64,000 nucleotides of DNA from an uncultured Chloroflexia bacterium (GTDB lineage Bacteria > Chloroflexota > Anaerolineae > JAAYZQ01), in assembly GCA_963700285.1 (NCBI GenBank), contig CAVOXA010000001.1:480001-544000 (forward strand), given 5' to 3'. The translations under genes and the position numbers were made by a program. The notes beneath the pieces were generated by a model. It saw only the letters and a list, made by a program, of their open reading frames with translations, searched no databases and had not been told where the DNA came from. Positions 20,059-28,924 of this stretch are shown here, piece after piece. Numbering within the stretch: position 1 is the stretch's first letter; each line of letters begins with the position of its first letter.

Positions 20059-20829
20059 TCACGGCCCCTGAAACAGCCGCACCGTCTGGTAGTCATTTTC
20101 GCACGGAAAGCCGGCCAGTTGCGACCAGCCCACATACCCGTCTCGAACCTCAATGATGTGACTCGTTTCTGTGCCGAAACCATCAAGGCCATGGTTGCAG
20201 ATGGAGTATGGACCCTTTTTCGGGAGGTGCGAGCGCAGCATGGCCTTCAAGGCGCCGATACTGGTGATCGACTGTATCATGCCCCAGGCCACCTCGTGGC
20301 GGATCCGCGAACTTTGACTGTGGACCTCGGCCCGCTCGGGCTCGTGGGAGATGAGCGCAAAGTCGTTGGTCATGACAAAGTTGCCTTGGAACTCCTGGAT
20401 CTGGAACTCGGCCCCCATCACCTCGACCAGCAGCGTCCACGCCGGTGAGGCGACCAGGATCTTGCCACCTTGCACCCTGTGTTCGGCCACAAAGCCCTCG
20501 ACGATGGCTGGGACATCCTCCCGGCTTTGAGCCCGGCGTATCAGGTCTTCGCAGAGCAAGTCGTAGGTCACGTCAGGCGTTGAACACAGGTGCGTGTTGG
20601 CCACGCATATCCCATGCCTGTTCACGCCAATGGCGATGCCCTGCAACTCGCCCGTCTTGAGATTCGCGCCTTTCAGCACGTGGTAGTCGGGAGTCGACTG
20701 CCAGACCGTCATGCGGTTCGTCAGGTACTGGCTCGCCAAGTCCCGATTCTTGAAGAACAGGATCCCGTCTGGAATCTGAATGACGCCGGCCGTGCAGCCT
20801 TTGGGTACCTCTTGACGCGGACCTGACAT
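20059..20829 (-). CDS. Ntn-hydrolase (peptidase C45 / acyl-CoA:6-APA acyltransferase-like)
   Basis: G|CTAG...FFKNRD with a candidate N-terminal Cys nucleophile; GVNRHGICVAN; MTND; SICNH. Confidence 0.72.
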   Translation of the reverse strand: MSGPRQEVPKGCTAGVIQIPDGILFFKNRDLASQYLTNRMTVWQSTPDYHVLKGANLKTGELQGIAIGVNRHGICVANTHLCSTPDVTYDLLCEDLIRRAQSREDVPAIVEGFVAEHRVQGGKILVASPAWTLLVEVMGAEFQIQEFQGNFVMTNDFALISHEPERAEVHSQSSRIRHEVAWGMIQSITSIGALKAMLRSHLPKKGPYSICNHGLDGFGTETSHIIEVRDGYVGWSQLAGFPCENDYQTVRLFQGP

Positions 20830-20844
20830 GTGGGGGTTCCTTTC

Positions 20845-22435
20845 CTAGATGGCCTCAACCGGTTCGCCAAGGCCCTCGACCAACATCTGGTAGGTTTTTT
20901 CGATGCGGTCCCAGTGTTCCTCCCGGTCTAGGGACCAGAAGCGGCCGATGACCGTCGCCAACTGTCCTACGCCCAATCGTTCGGCTTCGCGCTCGACCTG
21001 TTCGACATAGATTCGCGCCGCTCTCCGGCCGCTCTCCGCGCCGACCCAGCATGGCGTGCATATGAACCTCCGGCACGCCCTCGCGGCGGGCCATCTCCAT
21101 CAGCGCCAGTAGGTGGTCCACCGAACCGTGAGAACTGTAGAAGGACACGATGCCCAGCAGATGCAGGCGGGTGCCGTCCTGCTTGGCGCCGCGCATGGCC
21201 CATAGGAACGCCTCGTTCTCAAACCAGGAGCCGTCCTCCAGGGCATGGTTGATACGCACCCGGTCGGCGGCTACCACGCGGCCCCCGCCGATGTGCAGGT
21301 GCCCTGATTCGGAGTTGCCCACTGTGCCGGCCGGCATGCCCACGGCTGGCCCGGAGGCCTGGATCTGTGCGCTGGGCCAGGCCGCGACCAGGTTATCCAT
21401 CACGGGCGTGTTGGCCTGAGCAATCAGATCACCCGGTCCGCCATCGCCAATGCCCCACCCATCCAGGATCAGGAGCAGAACGCGCTGCCGTCCTTCAGTT
21501 TCCGTTGTTGTCAGGGGGCTGCTGATGAGGCTCTGCCCGGTCATCGCCTCGGGCTGGGGCAACCCCATCAATTGCAGTACCGTGGGCGCCACGTCGGTCA
21601 GCGCGCCGCCACGACGTAGGCAAAGGCCATCCTGCTGGCCGGGGTTGATGAGGATGAAGGGCACTGGGCTGTCGGTGTGCCCGGTGTCGATGGCGCCGTC
21701 GGGATAGTACCAGCGTTCGACAGTGCCATGGTCGGCCGTCAGGACTGTGATCACCCCCGCCGCACGGGCAGCCTCTACCATGCGCCCCGCCTGGGTATCC
21801 ACAGTCTCTACGGCAGCCCGAATGGCTTCGGGGTTCTCGATATGTCCGATGACGTCCACGTTGCACAGATTCACCGTGACAAGGGCATTGGCGGGATCGC
21901 GCAGCGCCTCGATTGCCGCGTCGGCCACCGCAGCCGCCTTCATCTCCGGAGGCATGTCTGCATGGGAGGCTGGCCGCGGGGAGTCGACGACGATTCGCTC
22001 TTCGCCGGGAAAGGCCCCCTGCCCCTTGCCATTGAGGAAGAAACTGACGTGGATGGCTTTTTCTGACTCGACGACCTTGGTCTGCCGCAATCCGGCCTTG
22101 CTGACGACCTCGAAGAGGGTGTCTACCAATTGCCCCTGGGGCGGGAAGGCGACTTGGACATCCAGATCGGGGTGGTACTCGATCATGGTCGCAAAGTGTA
22201 CCGTCATGGGTGAGCGCGGAAAATGGGTAAAGTCGCGGTCGACGAAGGCTGAAGTCAGTTCGACCTCCCGCTCGCCCCGTATGTCATAGAAAACGACATA
22301 ATCCCCATCCTGGATGCTGCCTACCGGTTGGCCATCAGCATCCACCCGGACCAGTGGTTCCAACGATTCATCCTCTTGGCCCGCGCGGTAGGCTGTACGT
22401 ACCGCTTCAGCCATCGGGTATTTGTCTGCTGTCAT
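20845..22435 (-). CDS. gpmI: Circularly permuted 2,3-bisphosphoglycerate-independent phosphoglycerate mutase homolog; one +1 frameshift near 21011
   Basis: The canonical C-half (IQDGDYVVF, ESEKAIHVSFFLNG, NVDVIGH, TADHG, GHT, DVAPT, MTGQSL) precedes the canonical N-half (LLILDGWG, GNSESGH, GRFWSLDRE). GGAGG RBS before ATG 22435; the corrected frame ends TAG at 20845. Confidence 0.85.
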
Positions 22436-22680
22436 GTACTTCCTCCGGAAGACTGGTGTGGTTGGCGTTCGAAGTCGCAAGTGCCCTCTCGGGGCTACCA
22501 AGGGCGCGATGGCCAGACCTGACTCCTGCACGGCGGTCCATCTCGCTGCCCCGATGGCGGCGAACGGCGGACATTGTACATCAGATGGCCGGTTTGTGGA
22601 AATCCGGATCTGGCGGTCGTTCGCGGTGCTTCGATGGAGGACGGTGGGCAAGGGTACTCGGGGGAGAAGGGAGGCGATGC

Positions 22681-22709
22681 TTGCCAAATCACTCGTGTCA
22701 GGCTATAAT
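22681..22709 (+). promoter_or_regulatory. Sigma70-type promoter for the Zn-ribbon/PA14/obg/nadD run
   Basis: TTGCCA-N17-TATAAT. Confidence 0.6.
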
Positions 22710-22793
22710 GAATGTCACAAATGTGCAGCCGGGGTACCGGATGCGCACGATTCCATTGACTTTCGTACTGCGAATCACAGACTGGGGGACAGA

Positions 22794-23090
22794 ATGCCAT
22801 CCATTCCCAGAACAAGTGCCCTGAAACTGGCCAGCACGGCTCACGATTTGGGCGCTGAAGCTTTGCGGGGCCGGCTGGAACAGAATGAAGCAGGTCGCTG
22901 GACAATTGGCCATATTGAGATCGAATCATGGCTCTCACGCCATGACGGCAGTGAGTTGGTTCTCGCCGCAGCCGCTATCGATGAAGGTACGCCCATGACC
23001 TATACTCGCACCTGCCGGACCTGCGGCCGTGACTACGAAGGAAGGACCTGCCCTCACTGTGAGTCAGTACGCCAGCGTCTTCGCGGCTGA
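22794..23090 (+). CDS. Small hypothetical protein with C-terminal Zn ribbon
   Basis: 98 aa; CRTCGRDYEGRTCPHC (CxxC..CxxC); GGGGG RBS before ATG 22794, downstream of the promoter. Confidence 0.7.
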   Translation: MPSIPRTSALKLASTAHDLGAEALRGRLEQNEAGRWTIGHIEIESWLSRHDGSELVLAAAAIDEGTPMTYTRTCRTCGRDYEGRTCPHCESVRQRLRG

Positions 23091-23103
23091 GGGAGGCATG
23101 GAT

Positions 23104-24465
23104 ATGAAAAACGAGTACGGGATGCCGAAACAAGTTCTTGCTGGAATGGGCTTGCTGCTCGCCTTGGTTGCCCTGAACCTGCTCGTGGCCGGTGTAGCCG
23201 ATGCCTTGCCGATGTCTCCAGAGCAGGCCGTGCCCAGCCACCGCGGCTTTGGGCTACGATCAGAGCTGGAGTCCGGTGCGTCCGCTGCCAGTACCGCCTT
23301 TTTGCCATTGGTTCTGCGCAGCGAATCGGCCGCCAACGTGTGGCTGGCCGAGTACTTTGATAATGGGAGCCTGAACGGCGTGCCCGTCAGGACGGTCGAG
23401 GAAAAGCGGATAGACTATGATTGGGAGGAAGACGCACCACCCGGCTTGCCGGACAACTATTTCTCCATCCGCTGGGCCGGAATGTGGGACTTTGAGGTCG
23501 GCGACTATACCTTTTTCGTCTACGCCGACGATGGTGTGCGCTTGTGGTTGGATGGCGTCCTGGTGATCGATGCCTGGTCGCCAGGCATGGGCGAGCACGA
23601 TGAAACGGTGCGGGTGACCGTGGCGGGTCCGCACAGTGTCAAAATCGAGTACTATGAGAGCCGGGGTGATGCAGCCATTCGCGTCCGCTGGCACCGTACA
23701 GACCTGTTCCCTGTGTGGAGCGGCGATTACTATGACAACCCGTGGGTGGAGGGCAATTCCCGCTTCTCCCAGGAAGACGCTGCGATCCAGTTTGACTGGG
23801 GCGACGGCTGCCCCGAGGATCTGCCCCCCAATAGCTGTAATCGCTTCTCAATTGCCTGGGAAGCGGAACCCGTGTTTGAAGTGGGCACGCACCGCATCCA
23901 TCTCTATGCAGATGAGGGCTATCGTCTCGATGTGGAGGGTGGTCCAGAAGCGGATGATGGTTGGTATGAAGGGCAGTCTTCTGAAGATGACTACTATGAC
24001 TTTGACGTGACGAGCATCGAGACCCGCCAGATCAGCTTTGATTTCCACGACCAGGGCGGTCCTGCTGAGGCCCGTCTCTGGATCGTGAATTTGGTACATC
24101 CTCTCTGGACTGCGGAATACTACAGCAACCGGAACTTGACCGGAACGCCAGACCTCACCCGCGAGGAGACGGCCGTTTTCCATGACTGGGGATTGGGCAA
24201 ACCGGACCACGGGCTGCCCACCAATAATTTCTCAGCCCGGTGGAGCGGCAAGCGCTACTTCCACGCCGGGTTCTATCGCTTTGGCGTTTTCGCCGATGAT
24301 GGCGTACGCCTGCGCGTGGACGGCGAACTGCTGGTGAATGCCTGGCAGGTGGGTAGGGGCACGCACTATGGGTTGCTAACCTTCCTGACTACCGGCTACC
24401 ATGACGTGGTCGTCGAATACTTTGAGGGCGAGGGCGAGGCCGAAGTCCGGTACTGGTGGGAATAG
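23104..24465 (+). CDS. Secreted protein with three PA14 domains
   Basis: Signal peptide, FLPLVLR motif, W.AEY(F/Y).N...NxFS.RW...ADDGVRL repeats; the middle copy is degenerate (ADEGYRL). Confidence 0.85.
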   Translation: MKNEYGMPKQVLAGMGLLLALVALNLLVAGVADALPMSPEQAVPSHRGFGLRSELESGASAASTAFLPLVLRSESAANVWLAEYFDNGSLNGVPVRTVEEKRIDYDWEEDAPPGLPDNYFSIRWAGMWDFEVGDYTFFVYADDGVRLWLDGVLVIDAWSPGMGEHDETVRVTVAGPHSVKIEYYESRGDAAIRVRWHRTDLFPVWSGDYYDNPWVEGNSRFSQEDAAIQFDWGDGCPEDLPPNSCNRFSIAWEAEPVFEVGTHRIHLYADEGYRLDVEGGPEADDGWYEGQSSEDDYYDFDVTSIETRQISFDFHDQGGPAEARLWIVNLVHPLWTAEYYSNRNLTGTPDLTREETAVFHDWGLGKPDHGLPTNNFSARWSGKRYFHAGFYRFGVFADDGVRLRVDGELLVNAWQVGRGTHYGLLTFLTTGYHDVVVEYFEGEGEAEVRYWWE

Positions 24466-24472
24466 GATAGGT

Positions 24473-25735
24473 ATGTTCTTCGACGAAGCCAAGATCTATG
24501 TCAAGGGCGGTGACGGCGGCGACGGCTGTGTCGCTTTTCGCCGTGAGAAGTATGTGCCCTTTGGCGGCCCTAGCGGCGGCCATGGTGGCGCAGGGGGCAG
24601 CGTCTACCTGGTGGTAGACCGCAATCTGAACACCCTGGTGCATTTCAAGAGCCGGTCCCATTTCAAGGCTGACCCTGGCGGGCGGGGCAGTGGGCAGAAA
24701 CAGCAGGGCAAAAGGGGAGAGGATCGCCTGGTCCCCGTCGCGCCGGGCACGATGGTCTACGACGTTGACACGGGCAAGCTTTTGGGCGACCTGGTGGACG
24801 ATGGCCAACGCCTGTTGGTGGCAAAAGGCGGGCGAGGCGGGCGGGGCAACAGCGCTTTTGCCTCTCCCACCAATCAGGCTCCCCGCATGGCAGAGCACGG
24901 GGAGCCTGCCCCGGAGCGCTGGCTGCGCCTGGAACTGAAGCTCATCGCCGACGTAGGCGTCATCGGCATGCCCAACGCGGGCAAGAGTACATTGCTTTCA
25001 GTTGTCAGCGCTGCCCGGCCCAAGATCGCAGCCTATCCCTTTACCACCCTCCAGCCCAATTTGGGCGTAGTACAGTTGGACGAATACAGATCCTTTGTTG
25101 TGGCTGATGTGCCGGGCCTGATTGAAGGTGCCAGTGATGGGGCTGGTCTTGGCCATCAGTTCCTTCGCCACGTAGAGCGTACTCGCCTTCTCATCCACCT
25201 GTTGGATGGGGGCGCCTCCGATCCCCTGGCCGACTATGAGTTGATCAACAGGGAGTTGGCCCAGTTTAGCCAGCGCCTGGCGGCCAAGCCCCAGCTTGTC
25301 GTACTCAACAAGATGGACCTGCCTGATGCCCAAGCCTGGTGGCCGTTGGTAGAGGAAGAGATGGGTGAACGGAATGTCGAGGTCCATGCCATCTCGGCCG
25401 TCAGCAAGGAGGGCGTTCGACCACTGATGCAGCGTACGTCTGCCTTGCTGCAGGCTCTGCCTCCTCCCGAGCCGGAGCCCGATGAGATTGCCGTTTTTCG
25501 GCCGGCCGAGCATGAAGATGCCTTCACCGTTGAAGAGATGGAGGATGGCTGGCGCGTGCGGGGTGTGCGTGTGGAGCGAGTGGCAGCGATGACACCCTTT
25601 GTGCTTCCCGAGGCTGTGGCTCGCTTTCAACGCCAGTTGAGGGCCATGGGTGTGGTGGATGTGCTGGAAGAGCGCGGTGTAGAACCGGGGGATCTGGTGC
25701 GCATCGGCGAGCGGGAGCTGGAATGGCAGCCTTGA
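24473..25735 (+). CDS. obgE: GTPase ObgE/CgtA
   Basis: MFFDEAKIYVKGGDGGDG, FRREKYVPFGGP, GMPNAGKST, YPFTT, DVPG, NKMD and C-terminal OCT domain. Confidence 0.97.
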   Translation: MFFDEAKIYVKGGDGGDGCVAFRREKYVPFGGPSGGHGGAGGSVYLVVDRNLNTLVHFKSRSHFKADPGGRGSGQKQQGKRGEDRLVPVAPGTMVYDVDTGKLLGDLVDDGQRLLVAKGGRGGRGNSAFASPTNQAPRMAEHGEPAPERWLRLELKLIADVGVIGMPNAGKSTLLSVVSAARPKIAAYPFTTLQPNLGVVQLDEYRSFVVADVPGLIEGASDGAGLGHQFLRHVERTRLLIHLLDGGASDPLADYELINRELAQFSQRLAAKPQLVVLNKMDLPDAQAWWPLVEEEMGERNVEVHAISAVSKEGVRPLMQRTSALLQALPPPEPEPDEIAVFRPAEHEDAFTVEEMEDGWRVRGVRVERVAAMTPFVLPEAVARFQRQLRAMGVVDVLEERGVEPGDLVRIGERELEWQP

Positions 25736-26355
25736 CCCAGCGTGGTGCCGAATCGGGTGCGCGGCTGGGAATCCTGGGCGGCACCTTCGACCCGATCCAC
25801 CATGGTCACCTGGTCGCCGCGGTCGAAGCCTGGTACCAGCTCCGATTGGACAAGGTCCTGGTCGCGCCAGCGGGAATTCCTCCTCACAAACCGAACAGAC
25901 CCATCTCTCCGACCTGTCACCGGCTGCGCATGCTTGAAATGGCCATCGCTGGACGGCCTCATCTTGAGATTTCCCGTGTGGACCTGGAGCATCCAGGACC
26001 CTGCTATACGGTGAATACCCTAGAGCGATTGCGAGCTGAATGGGGTCCCAAGCCTGCTTTCTTTTTCATCGTGGGTGCTGACTCACTGGCAGAGATGGTC
26101 ACCTGGTACAGGCCCCATCGCCTGATCGATCTGTGCGAACTGGCCGCCGTGGCGCGTCCCGGAATCGAGGTTGATCTACCCCGGCTGGAGGCACAGTTGC
26201 CGGGCCTTTCGTCCCGTGTCCATTGGGTACAAATGCCACTCTTGCAGATCTCTTCCAGCGACCTGCGAGCGAGGGTACGGGAAGGGCAGCCCATCTCATA
26301 TCTGGTACCTGGAGGGGTAGAGGCGTATATCTACGAGCAAAACCTATACTTGTAG
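25723..26355 (+). CDS. nadD: Nicotinate-nucleotide adenylyltransferase
   Basis: GILGGTFDPIHHGH, PPHK, FIVGADS, ISSSDLR; usual position after obg. Confidence 0.95.
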   Translation: MAALTQRGAESGARLGILGGTFDPIHHGHLVAAVEAWYQLRLDKVLVAPAGIPPHKPNRPISPTCHRLRMLEMAIAGRPHLEISRVDLEHPGPCYTVNTLERLRAEWGPKPAFFFIVGADSLAEMVTWYRPHRLIDLCELAAVARPGIEVDLPRLEAQLPGLSSRVHWVQMPLLQISSSDLRARVREGQPISYLVPGGVEAYIYEQNLYL

Positions 26356-26471
26356 ATGACCCAATCACAGGAACTGCCTTCTGATAGGCGACGAATGACG
26401 ATGGACGAAACATACTCTACCAGTCTATTGACCGACGTTCGTTGGAACAACTAGGAGGTTTAAGTAGCAAT

Positions 26472-27200
26472 ATGGCCTTTCTATTGGAAGAACTTTGCTG
26501 GCCCGATGTACAGGAATACCTTCGGCACGACGACCGGCTGATCTTGGTGGTGGGAAGCACCGAGCAGCATGGCCGGCATATGACCTTCGCCAGCGATACT
26601 TGGCAGCCGTGGGAGATTGCCCAACGGCTCAGCGAGCGGACCGGTGTGTTGCTGGCGCCACCGGTGAACTATGGCATGTCTCTCCATCACCTGGGATTCC
26701 CTGGTAGCCTGAGTCTGCGTCCTCATACCCTGTCGTCCATCATCGTGGACCTGCTGGAAAGCGCCTACCAGCACGGCTTCCGGAAGATTTTTATCCTAAA
26801 TGGCCATGGTGGCAATACCGCGCCCATTCATGTGGCCTTGATCGAGGCCCTGAACGAACTCCCTGGTCTGCAAGTACGAGCGGAGGCCTGGTGGCGCGTG
26901 CCAGAGATCCAGCAGGTGTTCGAGATGGCCGGTCTTGATGCTCCGAGCCATGCCGATGCAGGTGAGACATCTGTGGTAATGGCCATTCGTCCCGACGTTG
27001 TACGACTGGATCGGGCAGAGTACAGCCCAGGCGCGCCCATGGCCATATTTTTGACGAAGCAGGTCTTTCAAGAACATTTTCCCCACGGTGTGATTGGCAC
27101 CGATCCCCGACTGGCCTCGGCTGAAATCGGAGAGCGGGTCCTGGCAGCGGCAGTTTTGAAATTTGAGAAGCTCCTTGGCGAGTGGATGCCAGGCATTTAG
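26472..27200 (+). CDS. Creatininase/mycofactocin MftE family amidohydrolase
   Basis: GSTEQHG, D in ASDT, NGHGGN, HADAGETS. Confidence 0.88.
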   Translation: MAFLLEELCWPDVQEYLRHDDRLILVVGSTEQHGRHMTFASDTWQPWEIAQRLSERTGVLLAPPVNYGMSLHHLGFPGSLSLRPHTLSSIIVDLLESAYQHGFRKIFILNGHGGNTAPIHVALIEALNELPGLQVRAEAWWRVPEIQQVFEMAGLDAPSHADAGETSVVMAIRPDVVRLDRAEYSPGAPMAIFLTKQVFQEHFPHGVIGTDPRLASAEIGERVLAAAVLKFEKLLGEWMPGI

Positions 27201-27237
27201 TCGTTGTTGCAAACTGACGTGAGAATCATCGACCCGG

Positions 27238-27268
27238 GTCCCTGTCCTTAGAAGGACAGGGACTTTTT
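27238..27268 (+). terminator. Rho-independent terminator
   Basis: gtccctgtcct-taga-aggacagggac followed by ttttt. Confidence 0.8.
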
Positions 27269-27353
27269 GGTATGACAGGCGCAGTGCAACATGCCAGCGG
27301 AGAAACCCGGGGTCTACAGTTTCCAGTTTTCCACATGGGCACAACTGGTCACA

Positions 27354-27382
27354 TTGCACAAAGAAACAAAGTGTGATATAAT
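27354..27382 (+). promoter_or_regulatory. Sigma70-type promoter (extended -10) of the ABC transporter operon
   Basis: TTGCAC-N17-TATAAT with TG one base before the -10 hexamer. Confidence 0.7.
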
Positions 27383-27663
27383 GGTTGTGTTGTCCCAGAT
27401 CCAGATTTGGCGATGCTCACGCCTGCTAGCGAAACTAGCGCCCCAGCGGGCGTGGTAGACTGTATCATTGGGATTTGGCGCTATGGAGGTTCCCCATCTC
27501 GGAAAAGGCGCGTGAGTTCGGCGCCTTCAGAAGCAGTTCTCCGCTGTGCCTGGGAAAACAGGATAGCTCTAGAAAGGGGGTGTTCATCCGCAGAAAGCCT
27601 TTTGGGCGAGAATGGCGATCGATGTGAGAAGAGACATTCAAGAACCTGAAGGAGGAGGAAAAG

Positions 27664-28794
27664 ATGAATCGCAAGACCATGTCTGTCCTGTTGACACTGT
27701 TGGTTCTGATTGCCCTGGTGCTATCCGCTTGTAGCGCCAACCAAGAGTGCCCCGAGTGCCCTGAATGCCCCCAAGCCGAAGAGTGCCCGCAGTGCCCCGA
27801 GACCGCCGCATGTCCCGAGTGCCCCGAGGCCGCGACGGGCCAGGATATCCTGGGTACAGTCATGGACCGTGGGAGGCTGATCTGTGGCTCCCGTACTGAT
27901 TTGTTGGGTTTTGGCTACCTGGACGAGAGCGGCAACAACGTTGGTTTTGACATTGACCTCTGCCGGGCTGTGGCCGTCGCCCTTTTCAATGACCCTAAGG
28001 CGGTAGAGTTTGTGCCGCTGACAGCGGCCGAGCGCGGTCCCGCCTTGCAGACAGGCGAGATTGACATGCTGTCGCGCAACGTAACTTGGACTACCAGCCG
28101 TGATGCCCAGTGGGGCAATTTCACCCAGGTCATGTTCTACGACGGCCAGGGCATGATGGCCCGCGTCGCCGATGGGTATGCCACCCTGGAGGACTTGGAC
28201 GGCGCCACGGTGTGCGTGACTACCGGCACTACCACCGAAAAGAATCTGTCCGACAACTTCCGCCAGCGCGGCCTGGCCTATGAGGCGGTGACCTTTGAGG
28301 ACACTGCGTCGGTCTATAGCGCCTACGAGGATGGCCGTTGCGACGCAGCCACCAGCGACAAGTCGCAGTTGGCTGCTGTCCGGGAGGGGTTCGCCGTTCC
28401 CGACGACCACATCATCATGGATGTCACCATGTCCAAGGAACCACTGACGCCGGCCGTACCCACGGGCGACGACCAGTGGTTCGATGTGGTCAAGACGACC
28501 ATGTGGATCCTGATCTATGCCGAGGAGCTGGGTGTCAACTCTGCCAATGTCGACGAGATGATGACTAGCGACAATATCGAGGTCCTGCGTCTGCTGGGCA
28601 AAGAGGGAAGCTTCGGCCAGGAGGACCTGGGGCTGGCCACCGACTTTGCGGCCAACGTGATCCGCACCGTGGGCAACTATGGTGAGATTTATGATCGCTA
28701 TATGGGGCCTGATGGGGATGCCTTCGACCTGCCCCGCGGCCTCAACGAGCTCTGGACCAACGGTGGCCTGCTCTACGCGATTCCGCCCCGCTGA
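27664..28794 (+). CDS. aapJ: General L-amino acid ABC transporter substrate-binding lipoprotein (AapJ/BztA-like) with Cys-Pro tether
   Basis: Lipobox LSAC; GFDIDLCRAVA, LSRNVTWTTSRD, SKEPL, VGNYGEIY, RGLNELWTNGGL. Confidence 0.88.
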   Translation: MNRKTMSVLLTLLVLIALVLSACSANQECPECPECPQAEECPQCPETAACPECPEAATGQDILGTVMDRGRLICGSRTDLLGFGYLDESGNNVGFDIDLCRAVAVALFNDPKAVEFVPLTAAERGPALQTGEIDMLSRNVTWTTSRDAQWGNFTQVMFYDGQGMMARVADGYATLEDLDGATVCVTTGTTTEKNLSDNFRQRGLAYEAVTFEDTASVYSAYEDGRCDAATSDKSQLAAVREGFAVPDDHIIMDVTMSKEPLTPAVPTGDDQWFDVVKTTMWILIYAEELGVNSANVDEMMTSDNIEVLRLLGKEGSFGQEDLGLATDFAANVIRTVGNYGEIYDRYMGPDGDAFDLPRGLNELWTNGGLLYAIPPR

Positions 28795-28864
28795 GCCGGA
28801 ACGAGATCGTCCGGGACCAGCGCTAGCCCTCACCGGCCGGAGCTGTATCCTACCAGTCGCCCTT

Positions 28865-28903
28865 GGCAAGGGTGGTGCGGGCCACGGCTCGCCCACCTTT
28901 GCC
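28865..28903 (+). other. Intercistronic stem-loop after the binding-protein gene
   Basis: ggcaagggtgg..gcgggc-cacg-gctcgc..ccacctttgcc; a typical position for an mRNA-stabilising hairpin. Confidence 0.45.
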
Positions 28904-28924
28904 GGGCTTTGACACAGGGCCAAT

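Noticed and set aside
22436-22793. Long N-terminal extensions given by the ORF track for gpmI (from 22687) and the Zn-ribbon gene (from 22422)
   Set aside because: They overlap each other and a promoter; good RBS-start pairs exist at 22435 and 22794.
27721-28923. 400-aa minus-strand ORF (also 51257-52378, 60045-61229, 812-1717 and similar)
   Set aside because: Antisense shadows of well-supported genes, expected in GC-rich DNA.
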